Shown here piece after piece: positions 10,501-21,578 of a stretch of DNA of 64,000 nucleotides; position 1 is the stretch's first letter; each line of letters begins with the position of its first letter. Source of the stretch: Trichoplax sp. H2 (taxonomy: Eukaryota). The position numbers and the translations under genes are program-made. A model generated the notes under the pieces. It saw nothing but the letters and a program-made list of their open reading frames with translations, searched no databases and was not told where the DNA came from. The stretch lies in assembly GCA_003344405.1 (NCBI GenBank), contig NOWV01000001.1, positions 1,302,001 through 1,366,000 on the forward strand, given 5' to 3'.

Positions 10501-13500
10501 ATCATATTGCAAGCTATACAGGAACTAAAGTATACCGTATCTTACAAAATCGGATTAGTCTGCAATCTGATGCTGTTATTGGTTATTAAGTGAAATCATT
10601 GTTTGCTCTTTGAGTTAATTATGACAGTATCATTCTACTTTAAGCGTTTATTGTAAAGTATGTACATTAGATATATTTTAATAATTTAATTCACGTCATA
10701 ATGTCGTCCGTATTGGAGCTCAGGTTTATAAATATCAATACTAGCTAGTGATCGTTATTCTAGGTAATGACATACTAGTCTTAAATTTACATAGTGCATA
10801 AAAGTGATGTATCAGAGTCACAATTATTTTGCTGTCGTAGACTGTATACTATAATTGTACTTGCAGAATTATGCCATATATCTATTTATTAAACTTGGCT
10901 ACTAATCTGTCCTTTTTAAAGCAAGTAAGAATATGCAATTAAAACTTTAGGAAGATGAGATCACGGTATTTGATACAACTATTACTATGATTTTCCTCGT
11001 CGAAATAATAAATCAGCATTACGAATGCTTATGTAAGTTGTATTATTCTGAATTAATATTAATTATTTATCAAATACGAAATGATAAACTCATTAATGAC
11101 TGTGACACAATAGACAACAAAATTAGAAATAGCGGTATGCAAAGATCGGAGGTGGTGTACGATGTGTACTATATTGTATTCATAAATTATAAGAAGTATT
11201 TCACCATAACTAGTTATGTATACTCACTTTAACTTTAGTTTCACATGTATGGTTGATTATGGAAGAAAACGATAGCCAAGAGAACATATGCAAAAAAAAT
11301 TCGATAATACTAATTAAGCTTATTAGACACTAGCATATGCTAATTTCATTAATTCAATTTATTTAAATTTAAAATTATAATCGTTACTGTACTATAATGC
11401 AAATATATAATACTGTAATCGTCGCGATTCGGCGATGGCATTTATACACTGATAATTTATTTAAATTTAAAATTATAATCGTTACTGTACTATAATGCAG
11501 AATCGAATAACAATTACAAGCCATATCTATAATTTAATAAGCCGTAAAGAAATTGTATAGTATGCGCATAGTACGTGCATAGCTTTGCAGACAATTGGTC
11601 AGTTAGTAATAGAAATTTACTTTTCTAGATTTAATATTTTGATTTGATAATTTCTACAGCTACGTCAGTAAATGATAGCGCCATAACTTGGGCTTGTAAG
11701 GCACAATAGCTCGCAGGTAAGCAATAGTAGCCAGAGACTCATTCTTCCTTTTATTGGTTGCAATACTGTAGGACCTACAAGTCCATATTACGTAATTGCT
11801 GTCAGATAGGTTTCTTAATGAGAACTGCAATAGTATTATAATACATATAAAAGGCACAGCTCATGTCAACCTTTATATATTATTCTCATAATGGTAAATT
11901 ATATTAATAAATCGGGCAGTTCTAAGCGATCCTGCTGTATTTAGCGAACACTGCTGGCTGTTAACATCATACAATAGTAAGCTTTTAGTGATGTCTGGAT
12001 TATATAAACAGTCAAAAAGAAGGCCGTATTTTACTGCAAATAAACGTTGAGATCTATGCAGTTATACTGACATTAGTGCTCTGCCTAGTACATCCACAGA
12101 AAGATAGATTAACATTCCGTTATTAGGGTTAACATCTTTGTAAAGAACATACTGTATAAAGTAAATTTATTATATCATGATATCTATTGTGCAGAGCTGT
12201 AGGATTTTCCGCATATGGCACGATGTCCTATGAGCTAATATGAATACGTATATGGGTAGGATACTATAGTATCTCACTTTGATTGAGCTTACCGTAAGCA
12301 AAGGCTTAAAGTAACGACTACGCGTAATCTGCATTGCTTAACCTATTCATTTATTTGGCTCACTGAGCTTAGAAAGAAGGCCTACCCGTAAATGGAGTCA
12401 TTCATTCATGAACTATGCAGGAAGGTATCAAAGTCTCATTTTATTACCTTACAATAGAGTCTACCGTATATGATCAGCTCAAAGTACAGTAATATATCAG
12501 CAATGGCTTGCATAAAATGTGAATCTGTTATTTATCATCCTTATAACACCGGATTCTATAGTGCGCGTTCTATTTTATAAATTATAGAAATTGAATCTGT
12601 TAATCTGGCATCTAGAACAAAACAGTTTAAATTAAACACTTTATCAATACCACGTGTATTAAATTAGTCATGGACCGATTAACATAATGCTGCAAATATA
12701 CAACATATGGCTTATTTAAAGATATGTTTTATTTCGTTGCATGCCGGTATTATGTATTCTTAACTGTACGTCTGTAGTGGGTATTTCAACATCGGTTTTA
12801 GCATTTATAACAATGATGTGGACATCTAGAACGTATTTGCAATTTGTATGGTATGATGTCTACATAATCACCTGATTTCTTCTGTGCGTGCAATGTAGAT
12901 GTCGTTTACCGTATAGATAATAATATAATCGGTCATTTTATAAAATGATCGGGCAATTTGTAAAATGACAAATTTTGCGGTCATTTTGCAAAATGACCAG
13001 TATAGGGTAATAATGATGAATAAATTAGATTATTGAAGATGTACCTGTTCAAATTGAACAGTTTGTGTAGCTCAATCTGTACAGATCGGGTCAACTTGAT
13101 GTTAGTAACAGCAAAACATTAGATGAACTACTGGGATTTTAAATGAATCATCATGACCACAAATGTCAAGTCCAGGCATAGCACTATCCTATTTAAATTT
13201 TAGCAGAAATTGATAGCTTCAAGAAAATAGGCCACTGTCTCTGTTGATGTGCCGCTCTATGCATATCACAGATCTACTGCTATTAAAGTCGTTACCTTGT
13301 ACCAGCAAAAGCAATATACAAGTAGATGGATTGTAATGCAAGCTTCAACAGCACTTACCTGTATGTGCATAAGATACAGAAACTTTCCAAATAGCAACAT
13401 GACTAAGTAAAGCACCTAAAATTTTATTAGCCGCTAAAGGAAGGATTTTACTCCAGTACGATTTATAAACAACATAAGGGAGTGAATCGACATGCCAAAA

Positions 13501-13746
13501 TTTGAGCAGTGAACCAAGATAAACCGTTTGCGATACCACTTGGATAAAGGACAAAGTTAAAGGATGAGGCCAATCGCGTAAAACCCATTTACCAACTACG
13601 TTGTTGCTAGCGCTGACAATATACCATGACAAGCAAAGTAAAACAATTTTATATTTTCCCATCTGTTTGGGTTTGTCTGATTTAATATTAGGCGGTAATT
13701 CTTCGCCATCGATATTAGCCTCTGCAGTAAGAGGAGCGGTAGCCAT
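7569..13746 (-). CDS. SLC35E1: SLC35E1-like triose-phosphate/nucleotide-sugar transporter family protein; exons 13746-13359, [11232-11228 microexon], 10143-10078, 8686-8549, 8277-8152, 8032-7787, 7658-7569
   Basis: Spliced translation: ..[14 protein letters not shown](VK)[86 protein letters not shown]... All introns are GT-AG with consistent phases. Confidence 0.88.
11228..11232 (-). CDS. Predicted 5-nt coding microexon (TTAAA) of SLC35E1
   Basis: Minus strand reads aaactaaAG|TTAAA|GTgagta. It bridges a phase-1 donor (ACA G|gt at 13359) to a phase-0 acceptor (ag|GCT at 10143), giving GTT AAA = Val-Lys of the conserved HTVKA motif. Confidence 0.75.
11356..11499. repeat. 46-bp exact direct repeat, two copies 98 bp apart, intronic
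   Basis: aatttatttaaatttaaaattataatcgttactgtactataatgca at 11356-11401 and 11454-11499. Confidence 0.85.
12907..13010. mobile_element. Short MITE-like palindromic element in SLC35E1 intron 1
   Basis: Termini ttaccgtata / tatagggtaa are a 9/10 inverted match. Internal palindromes: ggtcattttataaaatgatc (12931-12950) and the perfect ggtcattttgcaaaatgacc (12979-12998). Confidence 0.5.
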
Positions 13747-16700
13747 ACTTGTTGCCTTGTTAATAAGTAAATGAATTAATTTAATTGTGCGGTAATATGG
13801 GCCTGAAAGTGAGCAGCAGGCCCTTTTAAGGCCACTACACCACAGGACTTAAATGGACCGGTACCATACTGTGTACTTACTGCATTGCACCCTGACTGCA
13901 TCGATCCGTCATTCATTCTACTGTTCCTGCCCAAGCCTGCCATATCCTTCAAACAAATATGTTACTCCGTGCTTGCACTCCTCTGTGTACTGTCAACAAT
14001 AGTTTCTTGCAAGCAATATTTTATTTGGATAGTCTCCTAAACCTTGTATAGTATGCTCCAAATTAGAATGGATGCCAGCTGGTAATGGAAAAGGTAGAGG
14101 CAGTAAAAATCGGACAAATGATATGATTTTCGAGTTCAGGAAGGCTAAATGAGATGGGTTGTTGTAATTTTAATACAGAAAAAGAGAATAAAGTCTTGAT
14201 CATTTATATTCTTTGATCGATTTCATACTTTCACTTTAAGAAAGAAAAATCTCTGTTACTAAATATCGTCAATGACATAAATAACCAATAGCAATCCCTA
14301 GTAACGGATGATTAACGTAATATGAAAAATAATAATTTGAATCAATCGATAGTTTAAGCAAAATTACTCCTGGTATTGCTATTTTCATGTTAATAGAACT
14401 AATTTCTCAGTCATACTGCAGAACATTCAATTGTTGGTATTCCTGTAAGTAAAGCGACGCCATGGTTCGTATGTAAAGTAAGCTTATAGAACGGCGAAAA
14501 ATTCGCTATTAAAGTATGCTGTAGGTGCCATGTTAATGATAGTAGCATCGATTGCGATAGATCATGCCCATCGCCAAATCTAGTCTTAAATATCAGTCAG
14601 TTTCAAATGGATCTTTTACTCTCATAGTACTCGTATATCGAGTAAAGATGAAAAAACGGACTGTACTGTAAGTTTAAGATATTAAATAACATTTCGTGGT
14701 CAATGGATTCATTCTAATGATAATTAAGAAATCATGTTTATATTGAGATATTACAGAAATTGATTTCTGAAAGTTTTTCTTCTAATCACAATGCGGTTGG
14801 CTAATCATTTTTTTTGGCGATGATATACCGCAGGTGGGTTTTGCTATTAGTAATATTTATTTGGACGCTAATGTGGAGTATTTTTACGTAGCATCTTTTT
14901 ATTTGCCAATAAATATCTATACGAATACGAGTATGTACCGGTATGCCTATGTATTACTGATCAACATATCGTACGTTCGTTGAAAAAGGAATTGCCGGCC
15001 GGTATAGACAACACTAGAATTAATTAATGAAATGTGTTTGCATAACCTTTTGTACACACACATTCTCATGATTTAAGCCAGTAAATGATCAATCGTACGA
15101 ACACTAATTCACTAGTACACTAATCTAGTATTCTTGTGGTATGAGAATGGTAAAAGAAAGCAGAATAAGTCCTCTAATTCTATCATTCCCATAATCTTTT
15201 GACGACCAAGACTAATTTTTATAAATATCAATTTTAGACTAGATTCTTCGCTCTACAAGAAGACTCTGTATTGCTAAATGATCCCTTTTTAGGGTATAAA
15301 GATAACGTAATACCCGTATGTACTGTCATGGACAAGAATAATTGGTAATGCCTATTGCTGCAATAACACGATAACTGAGCTATAGCAATCAATGAGTAAA
15401 GGTTTACCGTAGAAATAAATATCACCGTCAAAGCATACAAAAATGTGATATGATCACGCATTCAATCTCTTACTATATTCAAAGCCTAACGTTGGTATAG
15501 CCATGGAAACATCATTATGTTGTTTTGTCACATATGGCAAAATTAACAGACAAAAAATGAATCTTATCATTTAGATCCTTTTTCTTAATTAAGGCCAGAA
15601 TATACTCGTATAGAAATGAAGTTGTTCATACATTGCTCAGCGTATAATATTACCACACTCAGAACAAATTGTTCATTTCAGACTACAGCTTGGAGTTTTA
15701 AAATTTTTCATTCAAGTTATAATTTTAATGAAAAAGTGCAAGTTTTATCAATCTGCAAGCGTAATTATGTATCAGCCTTTCCTTATTAACCTTGAAGTTT
15801 GTAATGCAATATCGAGATAGGTTTAGGTAAATATTTATTTTATATCTGGTACGTGAAGTTGCATCGAGATAAAGATAAAAATAGAAAGCACGTGTACAAC
15901 AGAGTATTTACATAGACATCAAAATTTTGCCGATGGTCTTATATTATGCCACGCATCAATAAATTACGCTGTCCCACTATTGCTTGCTTTAGTTCAATTT
16001 AATTAGTGGCAATGTCTATGGTAGTATTTGAATCCAAAGTTTGCTCCAACAGTTAGAGCATAATATTCCCATTTTATACGCTTTAGTATACGTAAATCTT
16101 GTCACTAAATCGTTCATTCGCTGCATGATAGCGGAAAAAGTTTACCTGAGCGGTTTAGAAACGCTTAATATTGAAAGATTAATCACGCGTATGACTAAAA
16201 GAATGATGATTCTTTCCAAGAAGTGCTGGTACGGCAAGTTGTGATTACGAATTTATTGACATAAAAAAATACGGCAGTGTTCAATGCTTATTCAAGGATT
16301 GGTCTACTTGTAGTACAACATCTGGCATTAAAATCTGTTATTTACTTAATTAAAATTGTTAAGAGGATGAAGCAGATTATCGGAGTATTAAGACTTTTAA
16401 TTTATTAGAATCTAAAAAAAACCTCGAAAAACCATAGTGCGGATTGGTAATCATAATTATACAGTATAATCGAGTTCTTAGTATACTGCATTGGTTGTTT
16501 GATTAATTACGCAATGTGAGCATTTCATTAACATGACCATCATGACTTTATGAATAGTAATTAGGAGTAAATTTACAACAGTATTATTGTATGCCAAGCC
16601 ATGAGTAAAATTAGAGAAAGAGATCCGAAAATAAGATTATCCCATTAAATGGAATAACTGAAAATTATGCTTTAGTATCACACAATATTGTACTGAAATG

Positions 16701-19323
16701 AATAATTTAATTAAAATAATATATGATTATCTTAATGCAATGACATCCATTGCTTAACATTCGCGATTTCAGTAAAATCGCTTCGCACCATATGGTACTA
16801 AAGCTGTTCCAGAAAGAAATTAATCTTTCAGAAAAGTGACTAATGAAGGATTTTCACAATGATTACATTACTATATGACTATGACACAGTCTTTACTGGA
16901 AATATAATGTATATTATGAATTAGAGTTTCCAGCCATTGCTCTGATTCAATAAATGATGCTATTTGCAGTGCAAGTATTGAAATGAAATAAAATACATTT
17001 TGAAAAATTATACCGTCATCGCTAAATCAATAACTGCCTTAGAGCTGATCTGATTATCATGAAGGTGTTAAAAATATGCAAGTAAGCAATATTGCAAAGG
17101 ATCGATAATAAAAGTATTGTCAAACCAAAGTTTGATTGTTAATAATGGTGGCGAAATTTTCTTGCTAATTTATCTGTCTCATAAGGAAAGTTTGTAGTGT
17201 GCATTAATAAATTAATTTTTGATTAGATAGTAGGGATCTGAAGTAAAATCCATCATTTAAAGCATAACGAATAAAAGTTAAACCCAAGGTTGAGAATTTA
17301 CAATTTCGCTTTACTCTATAAGCATTTATATAATGGTATATTTCAATTCTTACTATCCTTTAGGCACGAAGAATTTATTAACATTGAATTGGAACAGACT
17401 CCGAATACTTCGATAAGTAATATACCCGTATAGTAAGTTGATAAACTATGCGCACATTCATATGCAGTTTCCATCGCAAGATACTACAGTTATAACCTGA
17501 AAAGTGTTCTTTAATAGCATAAAAGTTTTCTCCTACTTCATCCAAATTTCGTCTTTACGTATATTAATTACCTCTATGGCGCTACATTATCACAAATTAT
17601 GCTCTATTGTAAGCATATGTGGAATATTCACCTCCGTTTAGATATTACATTGTAGGTGATAACATTGCTATCTGGGCCATGCGATTAAAATAGGATAAAA
17701 TTCTCTACCAAATGTTCATTTTTTAAATTGCGGCAGTTTTTGATTTCAGATAATAATTTGTACAACCTGTTTCTTTACCTGACAAGTGTGATAGCTTTCT
17801 GAATTTTACTGTAATTGAAGATTCAACTATTTTAACCATTGCAGTACATATTATTTTGCAAAGACTGCCCTATTTGTTTATAATAACAAAGTGTATTTTG
17901 TAAAGTAGTTCCTACTGGGACAAAAATACTGTACTAACCTCTGATACCTATCATATACCATTATTTGACCTTAAGTTACCATACGCTAAGCTACCGTTCG
18001 TTATTAAAAGGATTACCTGAAAGAATTTTTTTGAAGATGTATGGCCTAGATACCTTTTAGTGATTTATTCATTTACGATTAATGCTCATACGTATGTATA
18101 TATATAAATCTGCAAGATTACTGTCGTCACTACGTGCCACTATGTATCACCATGCCTTCTCATACCCCAAATAAAAATATCCATAGTCTTAAATCCTAGT
18201 GCTTATACATGGTTATTAAGTGCTTAGTATAATAACAATGTGATATTTTTTACTGTAGTGTTTAAGTGTGATATAAGTTTAGATCGTGTTAATAATAATC
18301 TTACAAGTGCAGTTATTACCGGTTAGTCTGTTAAGCTATGATATTCGGAAGATTCTCTGAACCATCCTAATTATTCTAGCACTGATACTACATATAAACT
18401 GAAGACATTGCTGTAGACAGTGCATACCACAGTATTATTACACGTATACATATTAAAATAAGTTTATTTAAAATATAGTTAGAGAAAAATTTCATAAGGA
18501 CTCTACGTAATTTTGATCTTTGTAGAACATTGAGATCTTTCAATATCTATCTAATTAATGCGTTAGAGATCGTCTACAATGCAGTATAGATCTGATAGGA
18601 TTCATAGTGCGGTATTTTGTATATACGCGTATAGCCAATTATATATATTCTACCAAAAATTAAAAAAACAAATATACTAATTTTTCCAGTGATGTTAATG
18701 ACGATCGAATAAAAAATTTAGTTGCGAATTTAGTAGATTACGATATTTCATTTAATGTGAACCCAACATAACTAGTCTGCTAGCATATTAATATATATTT
18801 TCTAGGTAAAATTACCTCTGTGTCCTATCTGATGGAATAATGGACCGAATTGTAGTTTTCAGAGCTTAAAGTATATAGCAAGACACTGACATTTATCGCA
18901 ATTTACAGTCAATGCGAGTTTATGTAGAGATATACAGTATAATGATATCTTGTTTTAGTAAGTAGCGTAGAGGTAATCCGATGTAAGGTAAAGACTACGT
19001 GAAAAGATATAATAAGTTTTATTGGTTTTTTTTTATTATGATAACAAGGTTTGTTAATAATGATGCTAGTATGATAGATAAAGAGAACAAGACGTCAGGA
19101 CTAATCTAAAACTTAGATTGCAGAGGTTTACGTAATGAGAATAATACTATTCATAACAAGCGTAAATGCGTCTTAGCAGGATATGCTGTAAATAGAATAG
19201 AATACATTTATATATAAAAGGTGTAGTAGTGTCTCTATTGGTAGTGAGTTCATATCAGTATATTGTAGAATGTATTACATTAACCTTGCTTCTATAGTAT
19301 ACGCGCAAATATACTACGCTATA

Positions 19324-20119
19324 TCTTACTATACTAAGTACCGTGTATTCGATAACACATTCAGACAAGCATTTCTATAAAGTTTACGGGTATCAATCTA
19401 GAGGTTGATCGCCATATAACAAAGTATAAGCATACACAGCATCATCCAAAGTTATTTTGCAAGCTAAAACAAAAATTACACCAAAACGATAAATCAAAGT
19501 AGCTGAGATGCAGTTTTGGCAAAGATTGATGCTTATTTGGTGTCAAAATTCGACACTTTGCAAGTAGCACTATCCTTTAACATTGCATCATTTACCCAAA
19601 CTGTATACTCTTTTACTTATAGGCTTTAAACTCTAGATTTACGGTCTTCTATCGATCGAAATAAACAGGAGTAAATTTTAGTTTTCAGAGCTTTAAGTGT
19701 CCTAATAAAGTTGATCATTAGCTTCAAATCAACAATCTTCTTATACTTTACTCTTTTACTTATAGGCTTTAAACGTTAGATTTACGGTCTTCTACTGATC
19801 GAAATAAACAGGAGCCAATTTTAGTTTTCAGAGCTTAAAGTGTCCTAATAAAGTTGATCATTAGCTGCAAATCTACAGAATCCCGATTATTTCCAGAACA
19901 ATTGACAATTCGCATATTTATTCTTAATTTTAATATCGTACAATTTAACCATCCTGGGGACCTAGACATACAGTACAGTACTTTTGTACAGCATACAGTA
20001 CACGGATACACGGTAAAAAGTTACTGAACCTCTGACAGGTCTATGACAAATAGTAATACTATCTGTTCAATGAGCACATTATCGTAAACCGTCAGCAAAG
20101 CGACGGGAGTTTGCACTAG
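19324..20119 (+). mobile_element. Putative non-autonomous Helitron-like element (3' end supported, 5' end tentative)
   Basis: GC hairpin ccgtc-agcaaagc-gacgg (20089-20106), then 9 nt, then CTAG|T (20116-20120). Candidate 5' end A|TCTTACTATACTAAG at 19324. No Rep/helicase ORF. Confidence 0.45.
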
Positions 20120-20790
20120 TATGCTTTAAACGCTAGATTTACGGTCTCCTACTGATCGAAATAAACAGGAGCAAATTTTAATTTTCAGAGCTTAAAGTGT
20201 CCTAATAAAGTTGATCATTAACTTCAAATCAACAATCTTCGTATACTGTACTCTTATAGGCTTCAAACTCTAGATTTACGGTCTTCTACCGTTCGAAATA
20301 AACAAGAGTAAATTTTAGTTTTCAGAGCTTAAAGTGTCCTAATAAAGTTGATCATTAGCTTCAAATCAACAATCTTCGTATACTGTACTCTTATAGGCTT
20401 CAAACTCTAGATTTACGGTCTTCTACCGTTCGAAATAAACAAGAGTAAATTTTAGTTTTCAGAGCTTAAAGTGTCCTAATAAAGTTGATCATTAGCTTCA
20501 AATCAACAATCTTCGTATACTGTACTCTTATAGGCTTCAAACTCTAGATTTACGGTCTTCTACCGTTCGAAATAAACAAGAGTAAATTTTAGTTTTCAGA
20601 GCTTAAAGTATCCTAATAAAGTTGATCATTAGCTTCAAATCAACAATCTTCGTATACTGTACTCTTATAGGCTTCAAACTCTAGATTTACGGTCTTCTAC
20701 CGTTCGAAATAAACAAGAGTAAATTTTAGTTTTCAGAGCTTAAAGTGTCCTAATAAAGTTTAGCCGCAAATCAACAATCTTCATCCATTT
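19600..20790. repeat. Tandem array of a 137-bp unit: 2 diverged copies, a ~240-bp interruption, then 5 copies (last four near-identical)
   Basis: tatagg unit starts at 19618, 19761, ~20120, 20255, 20392, 20529 and 20666; the period is 137 in the homogeneous part. A diverged fragment (gttttcagagcttaaagt) lies at ~18855. Confidence 0.95.
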
Positions 20791-21578
20791 AATCTACGTC
20801 TTATACTGTACATCTAGAATATGCCACAGAATATTATCCCCTGTTATTCACCATAGTAACGCTGCCTACTACATGTACCACAGTAACTGTACGAGGACGC
20901 TCGAGTCATGACCACGTTAGCGATACAGTGAGACTAATACTGTATTAGTATCCAAAGTCCCTGACTGTGCACTATACTAGACGGTATTTACATCTGACGA
21001 TCCTTTTATGTATGATACAGTATGAAAGTCTTTCGTCAGTATAGGTCTGGCACTGGCATTGTTGCAGTCCAGTGAAAGACGACGATGGACATGTCGAAAT
21101 TGCAGTGAAGAAGAGTTTGAAGACTTATTTGAACGACTTTCCATCTGAGTAAATTATATTCAAAATAAGAAATAACGATCTAGAAAGCTTAGAAATATCC
21201 AATAGTACTAATCTTCTTTGACGTCATTTCCCTTATACGAACTGACTGACTTTACTCACTCCATTTATCCTTTTTGAACCTTGGCCATTCCCAACGACGA
21301 CATTGATCTCACCTGGATCTGCTGTTCAATGATTTCATAGAAATTGCACTTTACCAATACGCTAATTTCTTGTACAATATCGGCAACAGTCAATAGACAA
21401 GATCCAGTTCAAATTTTGATGCTTGCCTAATTTTATCCTATGAAGGATGCATAAACATGACCAAACCATGTATAATCCATCTATTTATGGACTTTATTGC
21501 AGCAAAATGGATCGCTCATGAATGAATTGGACTAAGAAATTTCGATATTAATCCCTGGTCATCAATTACTCAATCGTC

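Noticed and set aside
12275-12285. Alternative SLC35E1 microexon TCAAA|gtgaga
   Set aside because: It is not preceded by AG on the minus strand.
19600-20790. CRISPR-like array
   Set aside because: The units are 137 bp and contiguous with no unique spacers, there are no cas genes, and the context is eukaryotic.
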